From NCBI GenBank assembly GCA_963783375.1, contig CAWANH010000029.1:1600001-1664000 (forward strand): a stretch of DNA of 64,000 bases. Reading direction: 5' to 3'. Shown one piece after another: positions 30,188 through 41,977 of the stretch (its first letter is position 1; each line of letters starts with the position of its first letter). The notes beneath the pieces were generated by a model, which did not search any database, was not told where the DNA came from, and saw only the letters and a list, made by a program, of their open reading frames with translations. The translations under genes and the position numbers were made by a program. Origin of the DNA: Candidatus Eiseniibacteriota bacterium (GTDB taxonomy: Bacteria; Eisenbacteria; RBG-16-71-46; JABDJR01).

Positions 30188-30760
30188 ATGAGCAACGACG
30201 ACTCCGCTCGCGTCACCCACCTCCTGGCCGAGGTGGCATCAGGCCGGCCAGAGGCCATGGACGACCTCCTCCCCCTGATCTACACCGAGCTCCGTAACAT
30301 CGCGCGGCGGCAGCGCTTTCGGCATCGACCCTACGAGACGCTTCACACCACCGCGCTGGTCAACGAGGCATTCCTGCGCCTGGCCGGGAAGTCCGGAGCG
30401 ACCTGGGAGGACCGGACGCATTTCCTGAGCGCGGCCGCGCTGGCCATGCGAAGCGTCCTCGTGGACTACGCCCGGCGGCAGCGGGCGGCCAAGCGAGGCG
30501 GCGGCGCCGTCCACCACCCCATCGAGGAGTTCCGCGATCTCCCGGAGATCAACGACGACGAGGTCCTGGAGGTCCACACCGCCCTCGATCGGCTGGCGGC
30601 CCAGGACCCGCGCCAGGCCCAGGTGGTCGAGCTCCGGTACTTCGTGGGCTTAAGCGTCCGGGAGACCGCCGAAGCGCTGGAGATCTCCCCGGCCTCCGTC
30701 AAGCGGGAGTGGGCCATGGCCCGCGCATGGCTGAAACGCGACCTCGAGGCGGGATCGTGA
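30188..30760 (+). CDS. ECF-type sigma factor (Sigma70_ECF/TIGR02999-like, kinase-associated)
   Basis: LLPLIYTELRNIA, TLHTTALVNEAFLRL, MRSVLVDYAR..AAKRGG, VVELRYFVGL, VKREWAMARAWL. Confidence 0.92.
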   Translation: MSNDDSARVTHLLAEVASGRPEAMDDLLPLIYTELRNIARRQRFRHRPYETLHTTALVNEAFLRLAGKSGATWEDRTHFLSAAALAMRSVLVDYARRQRAAKRGGGAVHHPIEEFRDLPEINDDEVLEVHTALDRLAAQDPRQAQVVELRYFVGLSVRETAEALEISPASVKREWAMARAWLKRDLEAGS

Positions 30761-30827
30761 GCCCCGGGGAGGGGGTTTTCCGGTTTCTGAGACGACGGGG
30801 GACGACCGGGAACGGCACGGAGCGACC

Positions 30828-33476
30828 ATGACCCTACTCGACGTGGACACCTGGAACCGGGTCAAGCGGATCTTCTCCGGGGCGGCGGAGCGTTCCGCCG
30901 CGGACCGCACGGCCTACCTGGACCGGGCCTGCGCGGACGACCCGCGGCTCCGCGCCGAGGTCGAGTCCCTGCTCACGGCCCACGACCGGGCGGTCCTGGA
31001 CGGCGACCTGGACTCCCCGTTCCTGGAGCCGGGGCCGGATCCGAACCTGGGACGCCGCCTCGGTCCCTGGCGGCTCACGCGCCACCTGGGAAGCGGGGGC
31101 ATGGGGACCGTATACCTCGGCATCCGCGACGAGGGTGACTTCGAACAGCGGGTCGCGGTCAAGTTCGTTCGCGGGGTAGACCCGGGGGCCATCCGCCGGT
31201 TCCGTACCGAACGACGGATCCTGGCCCGCCTGGCCCATCCCCACATCGCCCGCCTGCTCGACGGGGGGCGCACCGAGGATGGTCTCCCCTACCTGGTCAT
31301 GGAGTACGTGTCGGGGGAGCCCATCACTACCTACTGCCGCGAGCGCAATCTATCGCTGGAGGAGCGACTCCGCCTCTTCGCACCGGTGTGCGAGGCGGTC
31401 GAGTTCGCCCACCACCACCTGGTGGTCCACCGTGACATCAAGCCGTCCAACATTCTGGTCACCGGGGACGGCGTGGTGAAGCTGCTCGACTTCGGGATCG
31501 CCAAGCTGATGGAATCCGAGGAGGAAACCCGGGACGGACTCACCCACACCCTGAACCGGGCGATGACCCCCGACTACGCCAGTCCCGAACAGATCCTGGG
31601 CGAACCGGTGACCACCCTGTCCGACGTCTACGCCCTCGGGGTCCTGCTATTCGAGCTGCTCGCGGACCGGGCCCCCTACCGGACCGCCGAACTCACCCCT
31701 CGCGAGCTGGAGCGGCTGGTCTGCGACACCCCGCCTCCGCGCGTCTCGGAAGCGGCGCCGCCGGGGAGGAAACGGCGGCTCAAGGGGGATCTCGACACGA
31801 TCGTGGCCTCGGCCATGCATCGCGATCCGGCCCGGCGGCCCGCGTCGGCCCGGGAATTCCTGGCCGACCTTGGCCGGTACCGCTCGGGCCGGCCGATCAG
31901 CGCCCGGGCGGACAGCGCGACCTATAGCCTGCGGAAATTCGTGTCCCGGAACCGGGCGGGGGTCGGGATCGCGTTCGCGCTCCTGGTCGTCCTCGCCGGC
32001 GGGCTGGCCGCCACTGCGCGCCAGGCCCGGATCGCGGAGCGGCGACTGGAAGGAGGACGCGCGCTCGCCAACCGCCTGCTGCTCGACGTGCACGACGGGC
32101 TCCGGGACTTGAACGGCTCCACCCGGATCCGCCGCGAGCTGGTCGCCAACACGCTCGCCTACCTGGATCTTCTGGCCGAGGACAGCGGGAACGACCCCGG
32201 CCTGCTCGACGACATGGCCTCGGCGTACGAAAAGGTGGCTGCCCTCCAGGGAAACCCCGACGAGGACAACCTGGGCGACCTGGCCGGCGCCGTGGCCAAC
32301 TACCGGAAGGCGGTTTCCATTCGGGAAGTCCTGCTCCGGGATCATCCCGGCCAGCCCCGGAAGGCTCGGGACCTGGCCCGGGCGCAGGGGCGGCTGGCGG
32401 TGCCGCTCTCCTACGCGGGCCGGGACTCGGAGGCCATGGCCCTGGAGGCTTCCGCGCTGGCCGTGCTCACCCCCATGACGCGCGCGAACCCCGCCGACGC
32501 GGCGCTCGCGAGAACCGAGGCGCGGATCCGGGCCGAGCACGGATGGCTTCAGGCATGGGAGGGGGATCCGGTCGGCCCGCGGGCGGACCTGCTCGTAGCC
32601 GAGCACCGGCTGGCCGCCCTCGCCGCGGGCGCCCCGGATGACCTGGACCTGGCCGTCGATCTCTGGCGGGCGCGGTACTATCTGGGCGACGCCTACTTCA
32701 TGGGCGGCGACCTCGACCGGAGCCTCGGGTGGTTCCGGACCGGCGGAAACGCCCTCGACTCCCTCGCCGCCCGGTGCCCCGGAAACCCCCGGGTCCTCCG
32801 CGGTCAGATGGGGTGCGCCAAGCGGCTGGGGGACGTCCTGGCCCGGAAGGAGGACAGCGCGGAGGCGCTCCGGGCGTACCGCCGCGCGCTCGAGATCTCC
32901 GAGCGCCTGGCCACGAACAACCCGGAGAACCGGACCGCGCACCGGGGGGTGGGCTTCGGCTACAACGCGCTCGGGGCCTACCTCGTCCAACTCGGCCGGA
33001 GCGACGAAGGCATCGCGGCCATCCGCCGGGCGGTGGACATCCGCACCGCGCTCCACGAGGCCGATTCCACCAACGTCTCGGACACCAACGATCTCTCGAT
33101 CTCGCTCCTCCGGCTGGCCGACGCTTACCTCTCCCAGGAGCGGTACGACGAGGCCATCGAGAGCTGCCGCACCGCGCGCCGTGTGCACATGGAGCTTCCC
33201 GCCGTCGAACGGGAGAACCCGCAGACTCGGGGGAACCTGGCCGCGATCGAGGCTACCGCGGGCATGGTCCTGCGCCGCTCGGCGGACGCGACACGGGAAC
33301 CGGCGGTCCAGGGAGCGCGGCGGCGGGAGTCCCTGATCCACTATCGAGCCGCGCTCGACCTCTTCCGGCGGATCGCCTCCGGGGGAGCCTCCACCGACCT
33401 TTGGACCGACGACATCCGGGTGATCCGGGGGGAAGTGGACACGCTGGAAGCCGCGCTGTCCGCCGGCGATCCCTAG
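30828..33476 (+). CDS. Membrane Ser/Thr kinase with TPR-like sensor domain
   Basis: LGSGGMGTVY, VAVK, HRDIKPSN, DFG, TPDYASPE, GDLDTIV; TM segment followed by helical repeats. Confidence 0.92.
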   Translation: MTLLDVDTWNRVKRIFSGAAERSAADRTAYLDRACADDPRLRAEVESLLTAHDRAVLDGDLDSPFLEPGPDPNLGRRLGPWRLTRHLGSGGMGTVYLGIRDEGDFEQRVAVKFVRGVDPGAIRRFRTERRILARLAHPHIARLLDGGRTEDGLPYLVMEYVSGEPITTYCRERNLSLEERLRLFAPVCEAVEFAHHHLVVHRDIKPSNILVTGDGVVKLLDFGIAKLMESEEETRDGLTHTLNRAMTPDYASPEQILGEPVTTLSDVYALGVLLFELLADRAPYRTAELTPRELERLVCDTPPPRVSEAAPPGRKRRLKGDLDTIVASAMHRDPARRPASAREFLADLGRYRSGRPISARADSATYSLRKFVSRNRAGVGIAFALLVVLAGGLAATARQARIAERRLEGGRALANRLLLDVHDGLRDLNGSTRIRRELVANTLAYLDLLAEDSGNDPGLLDDMASAYEKVAALQGNPDEDNLGDLAGAVANYRKAVSIREVLLRDHPGQPRKARDLARAQGRLAVPLSYAGRDSEAMALEASALAVLTPMTRANPADAALARTEARIRAEHGWLQAWEGDPVGPRADLLVAEHRLAALAAGAPDDLDLAVDLWRARYYLGDAYFMGGDLDRSLGWFRTGGNALDSLAARCPGNPRVLRGQMGCAKRLGDVLARKEDSAEALRAYRRALEISERLATNNPENRTAHRGVGFGYNALGAYLVQLGRSDEGIAAIRRAVDIRTALHEADSTNVSDTNDLSISLLRLADAYLSQERYDEAIESCRTARRVHMELPAVERENPQTRGNLAAIEATAGMVLRRSADATREPAVQGARRRESLIHYRAALDLFRRIASGGASTDLWTDDIRVIRGEVDTLEAALSAGDP

Positions 33477-33519
33477 CCGGGACGCGCCGGTCCGGCGGGC
33501 GTCCGCGCCCCACCCCGGA

Positions 33520-35148
<1,629 letters not shown>

Positions 35149-35421
35149 GAATGAAGCTCCTGGGTATCAGCCTACCCAGAGCGATGAGCCGTGGGACGGT
35201 CTAGGCGGGATAAATTCGAGGTCATGGAGGCGGCCGCGGAGTTGCGACCCCTCTCTGGCGCAGACCGAACTGCGCGAACCGACCGATCCTATCAGGTATC
35301 GGCCGGGTCGAGGGAAATCTTTTGGCCGGGGTGGGAACGAGGTCGGGGAGCGGCTCCGGGAGGGCCGCTCGGATCGAAGCGAAGAGGGAACTCAGGGCCT
35401 CGACCGGGCGCTCGCGGAGGC

Positions 35422-35904
35422 TCAGTTCTCCCCGGGGGTACGGCAGCTCAGGGCGATCATGAGCACCGCCGCGGCCAGCAGAGCCCCCCCGACCGGCACC
35501 AGGAAGATGCCGATGCCGGGGTCGCCCTGGTAGGGGATCAACCCGCCGAGAAAGAACCCCCCGGGGAGAATCACGGTGGCGCTCAGAAGGAAGACCGACG
35601 CAAACCAACGGGTGCGGGGCGATCCCGAGGGAAGGCGATGCATCGTGCCGCCGAAGACCAGGTTGATCACGGCGAGGAGCGTGCCGTGCGCGTGGGCCAG
35701 GGTCCACGAGAAGCGCCGCGGGGTGTTGGCGATTTCCAGGTACCAGCCGACCTTGAACCCGTGCAGGCCCTCGAGGACCAGGCCCAGCAGCAGGAACACC
35801 AGAAGCGACCACCAGCCGAACCGGAGATGACGCATGGGCAGGGCGTCGTCCCGGCGGGTTGCCGGACCGGCCTTGGCTCCGCCGCTCGGGGTCTTTCGCT
35901 TCAT
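35422..35904 (-). CDS. Four-TM hypothetical membrane protein with AHAHG motif
   Basis: Hydrophobic helices; LEGLHGFK, WTLAHAHGTLL, LPGGFFLGG. Confidence 0.75.
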   Translation of the reverse strand: MKRKTPSGGAKAGPATRRDDALPMRHLRFGWWSLLVFLLLGLVLEGLHGFKVGWYLEIANTPRRFSWTLAHAHGTLLAVINLVFGGTMHRLPSGSPRTRWFASVFLLSATVILPGGFFLGGLIPYQGDPGIGIFLVPVGGALLAAAVLMIALSCRTPGEN

Positions 35905-36080
35905 GGTCGGACCGCCGTCGGTTGAAGGGTCACGCCCCGGCGCCGGAGCACCGTCGGCTCCAGGAGGCAGGTCGCGCCGAGGGAATCGCCCCGGGATTCG
36001 ATTCCTGACAAGCATGATACAATACGTGTGATTTCGATAATCGTCATTCTACGCTTCGGGAGGCTCACATCAACGACAAG

Positions 36081-37955
36081 TTGATAGCCGTCGCGGCCAT
36101 GGTGACCCTGGGCCTGTCCAGCTTCGTCCTGAGCGCGCATCTCCCGCGGACGAGCCCCCGGGTCGACCCCGGCTCCCTCATCGATCCCCGCGTGGAGCAC
36201 GAGGGCGGATACGTCGGATCGGACGTCTGCCTTTCCTGCCACCCCTATCAGCACGCAACCTGGCACGCTTCCTATCACCGATCGATGACCCAGGTGGCCA
36301 CTCCGCAAACCGTCCGGGCCCCCTTCGATGGGACGGAGCTCAGCCTGGAAGGCGTGACCTGGCACGTGGAGCGACGGGGGGACCAGTTCTGGGTCAGGGG
36401 GAAGGAGCCGGGGCCGAACGGGAGTTTCGTCTCCGAGTTCGAGCGGCAGATCGTCATGACGACCGGGTCGCACAACTACCAGCTGTACTGGATGCAGTCG
36501 GTCGGAGGAAACGGCATGCAGCCGTTCCCGCTCGTCTATCTCCTGTACGACCGGGTGTGGATTCCGCGAAAGTCGAGGTTCCTGAGCCCGCCCGTCCGGA
36601 GGACTCCCGCCGAGACCGGGCGCTGGAGCGTGCACTGCATCAAGTGCCATGCGACCCGGGGCCGGCCACGCGCCCCGGACGGAGAAACGCACGTCGCGGA
36701 GCTGGGGATCAGTTGCGAAGCCTGTCATGGTCCGGGGGCCAAGCACGCCCGGCTGAATCGAAACCCTCTCCGCCGCTTCCGCCTCTATCTTACCGGCGCC
36801 CCGGACCCCGCCATCGTCAACCCCGCCCGCCTGCCGCACGACCGTTCAACCCAGGTCTGCGCCCAGTGCCACGGCATTCAGATCTTCCTCACGCCGGAAG
36901 AGGGCGAATCCTGGAGACGCGAAGGATCGTATTTCAGACCGGGCGACGACCTCTCCAGGTTCCAAACCACCGTGGCCGGACGGTACGAGAACAACCCCCT
37001 CGAAGTGCGCCGCTACATCGACGACCATACCGCCTTCGAGCTCCGGAACCTCTTCTGGCCGGACGGCATGCTCCGGGTGACCGGCCGGGAATACCACGGC
37101 ATGCTGGAGACGCCCTGCTACCAGCGGGGAGAGATGAGCTGCCTCTCCTGCCATACCCTGCATCGCCCGAAGGACGATCCCCGCCCGCTCACGGCGTGGG
37201 CCGACGATGAGCTCGGCACGGGGATGCGGGGCGACGGCGCGTGCCTCCAGTGCCACTCGCGCTACCGGGACCCGGACGCTCTGTCCGCCCATTCGCACCA
37301 CCCCGTGGATTCGACGGGGAGCCGTTGCTACAACTGCCACATGCCGTACACGAGCTGGGGGCTCTTGCGGGCCATCCGAAGCCACACCGTCGACTCCCCG
37401 AAGGTGGCGACGAGCCTGTCCACGGGCCGGCCGAATGCGTGCAACCAGTGCCACCTGGACCGCACGTTGCTGTGGACGGCCGGAAAGCTCAAGGCCTGGT
37501 ACGATATCGAGCCTCCAGAGCTGTCCGAGGACCAGCGGACGGTGGCGGCATCGGTCCTCTGGGCACTTTCCGGCGACCCGGCGCAGCGTGCGATCATGGC
37601 CTGGAGCATGGGTTGGGAGCCTGCCCGCCGGGCGTCCGGCACCCAGTGGATGGTGCCCTATCTCTGCCTGCTCCTCCTGGATCGCTACGACGCCGTGCGC
37701 TACACCGCTCAACGTTCGCTCCGTCTCTACCCCGAGTACCGCGCGGCCGCCACCGATTCCGTGGCCGGCGCGACGATGGAGCAGCAGAACGAGATGGAGA
37801 ATCTCATCCTAGACGAATGGTACCGCCGGTTCCCCACTTCCGGGGGAAAGAGCGGATCCCGCTTCCTGATCTCCGCCGACGGCACGATCGACCAGGCGCG
37901 TTTCGGGCGCCTGGTGACGCTACGCGGGAATTATCACCTCGTTCTGTTCGAGTAG
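36081..37955 (+). CDS. Octaheme c-type cytochrome (c554/c552-like) with helical C-terminus; start uncertain
   Basis: Eight CxxCH motifs: CLSCH, CIKCH, CEACH, CAQCH, CLSCH, CLQCH, CYNCH, CNQCH; N-terminal hydrophobic segment. Confidence 0.88.
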   Translation: MIAVAAMVTLGLSSFVLSAHLPRTSPRVDPGSLIDPRVEHEGGYVGSDVCLSCHPYQHATWHASYHRSMTQVATPQTVRAPFDGTELSLEGVTWHVERRGDQFWVRGKEPGPNGSFVSEFERQIVMTTGSHNYQLYWMQSVGGNGMQPFPLVYLLYDRVWIPRKSRFLSPPVRRTPAETGRWSVHCIKCHATRGRPRAPDGETHVAELGISCEACHGPGAKHARLNRNPLRRFRLYLTGAPDPAIVNPARLPHDRSTQVCAQCHGIQIFLTPEEGESWRREGSYFRPGDDLSRFQTTVAGRYENNPLEVRRYIDDHTAFELRNLFWPDGMLRVTGREYHGMLETPCYQRGEMSCLSCHTLHRPKDDPRPLTAWADDELGTGMRGDGACLQCHSRYRDPDALSAHSHHPVDSTGSRCYNCHMPYTSWGLLRAIRSHTVDSPKVATSLSTGRPNACNQCHLDRTLLWTAGKLKAWYDIEPPELSEDQRTVAASVLWALSGDPAQRAIMAWSMGWEPARRASGTQWMVPYLCLLLLDRYDAVRYTAQRSLRLYPEYRAAATDSVAGATMEQQNEMENLILDEWYRRFPTSGGKSGSRFLISADGTIDQARFGRLVTLRGNYHLVLFE

Positions 37956-38082
37956 CGAGGCATCCCGGGCCGTGGTCGCCCGAGACGCTCTCGACGCCGC
38001 CGGCAAGGCGAAGCAAAGGGGCGGGCTTGCCGCGGTGTGGCATCGGATTGGACGACGGGGACAACGGCGGGAACCCTCGGGA

Positions 38083-38967
38083 CTAAAGGCGGAGGATCTC
38101 CCCCATCCTGTCCATCGCCTCCGAGAACTCCGCGGTCACCTGCTCCCGCATCTCTTCCGAGATGTTGAGGGCCTTCCACGCGCTCTCCGCCGGCGGTTCC
38201 GGGATCAAGTGATCGGAGAAGAAGGGAAAGCACATGGACGCCATCGAGTCCGCGAGGTGCGCGACCAGCACCTGCCGGTGGTGTTGGCTTGCTTTCTCCG
38301 GGTGGTGGTGAAGCAAGGTCGTGTACTGAAGCAATCCCGGCAGATCCCACTTCTTGATGAGCCATGCCCCCGCGTCGGCGTGGCTGAACCCCAACGTATC
38401 GATCTCGATGCCCTCGGGCCAGACCCCTTCCTTCTCCGCCGCGTCGAGCACGCGCCGGGTGGCTTCCGGCAGAGCAAGCTCGATCGCCACCCATCCGATG
38501 TCGTGAATCAGTCCGCCCACATAGGCGGTACCGGGGTCGAGGCCGCAGTGCCTGGACAGGAGCTTTGCGAAGACGGCCGTGGCCACGGAGTGATGCCAGA
38601 ACTTCTTGCGGGAAATGACCACGGCACTTGACCGTTGCTGCATGACCTGGTTCTTCAGCGCCCGGGCGATACACACGTATTTCACCTCGTTGAAGCCCAG
38701 GAGGACGATCGCCTCCCGGACCGAGGTGATGGTCTGGCTGAAGTAGAAAGCGGGGGAATTGGCGATTCGAAGGAGGCTCACGGTCAGGGAAGGATCGGTC
38801 TCGATCGTCCGCGCGAGGTCGTCGGCGGTGGTGTCCGGATCGTCGATCAGCCTCAGCAGTCGCGCAAGCACATGGGGGATATTGAAGTAGGTCTCGATCG
38901 TGCCGAGGGCCCGTTCCACGAGCCGTGCGACGACGAAATCCGGTCCCGCTTTGCTTGCCTCCGGCAT
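38083..38967 (-). CDS. HDOD domain protein
   Basis: IETDPSLTVSLLRIANSPAF, FWHHS, GLIHDIG, HADAGAWLIKKWDLP, HH. Confidence 0.92.
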   Translation of the reverse strand: MPEASKAGPDFVVARLVERALGTIETYFNIPHVLARLLRLIDDPDTTADDLARTIETDPSLTVSLLRIANSPAFYFSQTITSVREAIVLLGFNEVKYVCIARALKNQVMQQRSSAVVISRKKFWHHSVATAVFAKLLSRHCGLDPGTAYVGGLIHDIGWVAIELALPEATRRVLDAAEKEGVWPEGIEIDTLGFSHADAGAWLIKKWDLPGLLQYTTLLHHHPEKASQHHRQVLVAHLADSMASMCFPFFSDHLIPEPPAESAWKALNISEEMREQVTAEFSEAMDRMGEILRL

Positions 38968-39296
38968 GACCGTAAGACCCCCGTGTGGAGTACAGGTATT
39001 CTCCGTCCCGACCGCGTCAGCGGGGTCACGAACGCCGGTGGGACCTGGTCACATTCTCGACGCTTGGCATGGAGACATGAGAAAAGACGTATGAAGATTT
39101 CCAAATTTTCCCTAGCCCCACGGCCTGTAACAGTCTTATGTCTATGGAAATACAAGAGTTGGTGGAGATCCGGGCCCTGATGGACGACTCAAGGCTGATT
39201 CGAGTCGAGCCGATACCTGTCGGGAAGATCTGAAGACTCAGATCGCATTCCATTCATGAGCCATGCGCTCCTGTCATCAATGGGAACCGCGTACCC

Positions 39297-40394
39297 ATGC
39301 GAAGACTCTGGAACTGGTTGTTCTCGAGGCCACACCCACCGGCCACCCCGGCTCAGGGGTCGCGTCGTTCTGCGCCGGCGCCGGACCTTGAAACCTCCCC
39401 ACATCCGATGACCGCGCCCGATCCGAGCCCCGCTTCGGATCCCTTGCGGCCCGACCGGAGTCTGGAGACACGGGATTCGCTGGAACGAAGCCTCCGGTGG
39501 CGGAGCCAGGTCCTTTTCAGGATCATCGCGGAGCGAGGCTTCGGCGGAGATTGTTCCGCAGTCGTGGAAAGCCTGAAACTCGGTGCGACCTCGTCCGTCC
39601 GCCAGCTCCCCGCCGCAGCCCAGAGGGCCCTGGAGGTCAGCCACGATCCCGACTCGACCATCGAGGATCTTGTGAATCTCTTCGAGAACGACCCCACCCT
39701 GACCCAAGCGCTCCTCAAGCGGGCGAACTCCGCCTGGTACCGGCGGCATGGCGAGAGCATCGAGTCCATATTTCCGGCCGTACGCCGGATCGGGGCCAAG
39801 GCGGTGGAAACCCTGCTGCTAGAGAAGGTCCTCCGCGGCCTGGTCGGCCGTCCCGGCGGCGCTCTGGGGGCGATGGCGGAAGGCGTCTGGGAGGATATGA
39901 TCCGGATTTCCGGTGTAACAAGATCGATGGCGCCGGCTTTCGGGGTAGATGCCGAGCGAGCCTATGCGCTCTCCCTTCTCAGTGACGTCGGGAAGCTGGT
40001 CGTATTCGATCACATCGCGGACCTCCGGAAGATCATGCGCCGGGATGTTGCGATCCCCGATGACTTTCTCGAGTGTCTCCTGCATCACGTGCACGAACCC
40101 TTGAGCGGTCTGGCCGCCCTGCGCTGGGGAATGGGCGAGGAGGCGGCCTTCGTCGTCGCCCACCATCATCGTCACCCGGTTCCCGAGTCGAGTGAACCCT
40201 TCACGGAGACTCTCTACGTGGCCGATGCCGCGGCCGCCGCCCTGGATGGGCTCCCGGACTGGGACGCGATCTGGAGCGCGGGCGGCATAACCCGGGAACG
40301 CGAACCGGTGGAGCGGATATACGCCGAGATCGCGAGTTCGGAAATCCCGGACGAACCGGGCGAGCCGGAGGAACCCTACTGCGAGGCCGCATAG
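39297..40394 (+). CDS. HDOD domain protein (degenerate HD)
   Basis: FENDPTLTQALLKRANSAWY, LLSDVGK, HEPLSGLAALRWGM, HHH. Confidence 0.85.
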   Translation: MRRLWNWLFSRPHPPATPAQGSRRSAPAPDLETSPHPMTAPDPSPASDPLRPDRSLETRDSLERSLRWRSQVLFRIIAERGFGGDCSAVVESLKLGATSSVRQLPAAAQRALEVSHDPDSTIEDLVNLFENDPTLTQALLKRANSAWYRRHGESIESIFPAVRRIGAKAVETLLLEKVLRGLVGRPGGALGAMAEGVWEDMIRISGVTRSMAPAFGVDAERAYALSLLSDVGKLVVFDHIADLRKIMRRDVAIPDDFLECLLHHVHEPLSGLAALRWGMGEEAAFVVAHHHRHPVPESSEPFTETLYVADAAAAALDGLPDWDAIWSAGGITREREPVERIYAEIASSEIPDEPGEPEEPYCEAA

Positions 40395-40539
40395 TCCGGT
40401 TCCGAGCGGGGTGCCAGGGGCGCGTCCCGACCGGGCGTCGCCGCCGCCGCCTCAGCGCCGTACCACCTCGATCGAGGCCGGATATCGGGTCGAGCACCGC
40501 CCGGGCCGGAGCGAGGGCGCTCATGGCGTGCACGCCCGA

Positions 40540-40756
40540 GGCGGGCGCGAACCCTCCCATCGCCCGGGTCACCCGGGTACCCAGAAGTCCGAGAGGGAGG
40601 ATGAGCTCGAGAAGCCCCAGACCCCTATAGCCGATGTTGCCAGGTAGCAGGCGCGCGCCGGAGCGTGACCGCGAGGATCCACAGCGCTCCCAGGAGCAGC
40701 GTGGTCTGCCGGAGGTGGACGAGAACGGCCGGACCGGTTCCGATGAGCGCGTTCAT
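40540..40756 (-). pseudogene. N-terminal remnant of BlaR1/M56-type membrane protein
   Basis: RBS GGAGG + ATG 40756: MNALIGTGPAVLVHLRQTTLLLGALWILAVTLRRAPATWQHRL*. Deleting one base near 40626 restores ...HRLWGLGLLELILPL. Confidence 0.55.
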
Positions 40757-40957
40757 TTCCTCCCCCGTTTTCCGGGCGCAGCGGAAGATCGGGAAGCGAC
40801 CGCTTCATGAACCATCCGGGATCGAAACCCTGCGACATCTGTCGCAGACCGGAATGTTCGACGTTTGTCGCACCATATCAATCGTCGAGTGGATCGCGTC
40901 CGAATGAACCGGGGGCTCCGAGTTGCGCGGATGGCTCTTCTGCCCTAGGATGCCCCC

Positions 40958-41659
40958 ATGAAACAGAATCCAGCTTTGGCACTGGGGTTGATCGCCTGGC
41001 TGCTGCTCGTGGGCTGCGGGCAACGCGACGCTTCCCGGCGGTCGGAGTCGCCCGCGGATACGAGCCAAGGGATGAATCCCGCCCCCGAGACGACGTCCGC
41101 ACCGTCGGAGTCCATGCACGCATCCGTACCCTCCTCCACGGTGGGAGAGGCGCCTCCCGAGAACCCGGCTCCGGCCGCCGAATCCCCTCCCCCGACGCCC
41201 GTTCCCTCCGGGATGGAGCCAAGCCCGGAAGAGACTCCACCTCCCACGAACACCCAACCGGAACCCGCTGCCACCCCACCGTCCGAGCCTCCGAAGACTC
41301 CCGAGCCGCCCCCGACTCCCAGCGTCGTGGATCCGGGCGGGATGGTCGAGGTCCAGGCGACGAAAGCGGGCCTCACCCGTGTCGGCCCCGAGAAATGCAA
41401 GATGTGCCACAAGGTGCAGTTCGAGTCCTGGTCGGCGACCGCCCACGCCAAGCGCACCCCGCCCCTCGACTGCGAGAGCTGCCACGGAGCAGGGAGCGAG
41501 TACAAAACGCTGTCCGTGATGAAGGATCTCCAGAAGGCCAAGGCCGCCGGACTGGTCCTGCCGACTCGCGAATTCTGCGCCACCTGCCACCGGAGCGGCT
41601 GGTCCGACGACATGCTGGCCCACGCCCACGCCCACAAACCGGCGGCCGGCGCACACTAG
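40958..41659 (+). CDS. Lipoprotein with Pro-rich stalk and triheme cytochrome c domain
   Basis: Lipobox LLVGC; about 100 aa P/E/T/S-rich linker; CKMCH, CESCH, CATCH. Confidence 0.88.
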   Translation: MKQNPALALGLIAWLLLVGCGQRDASRRSESPADTSQGMNPAPETTSAPSESMHASVPSSTVGEAPPENPAPAAESPPPTPVPSGMEPSPEETPPPTNTQPEPAATPPSEPPKTPEPPPTPSVVDPGGMVEVQATKAGLTRVGPEKCKMCHKVQFESWSATAHAKRTPPLDCESCHGAGSEYKTLSVMKDLQKAKAAGLVLPTREFCATCHRSGWSDDMLAHAHAHKPAAGAH

Positions 41660-41908
41660 CCGGTCTCGCTCTCCTCGGCGCCTCCCGCCGGCCGATCGTA
41701 TGCTCCGTCGTTGCGTGTCGGATCCGCTGTCGCCGACATCCTTCTTGACTACCGAAACATCCAGCGCCGGAGGTTCCCCACCCTTGCCGGCGGCGTGGTC
41801 CTGAGGGTCCATCCGGCTGGTGCACCCGATTCATCACCGTCAAGCCCGAGGTCGGCGGAGCTACACCCGGGGAGGGCGTGAGTCAACGCCCCGGGTGGCC
41901 GGCCCACG

Positions 41909-41940
41909 CGAATCCCGGGGGATCTCTCCCCCGGGATTCG
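41909..41940. terminator. Perfect 14-bp stem hairpin between convergent genes
   Basis: CGAATCCCGGGGGA-TCTC-TCCCCCGGGATTCG; no clear U-tract. Confidence 0.55.
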
Positions 41941-41977
41941 CCACGGAATCAGCCGTTGAGGGTGCGAACGATGGGAC

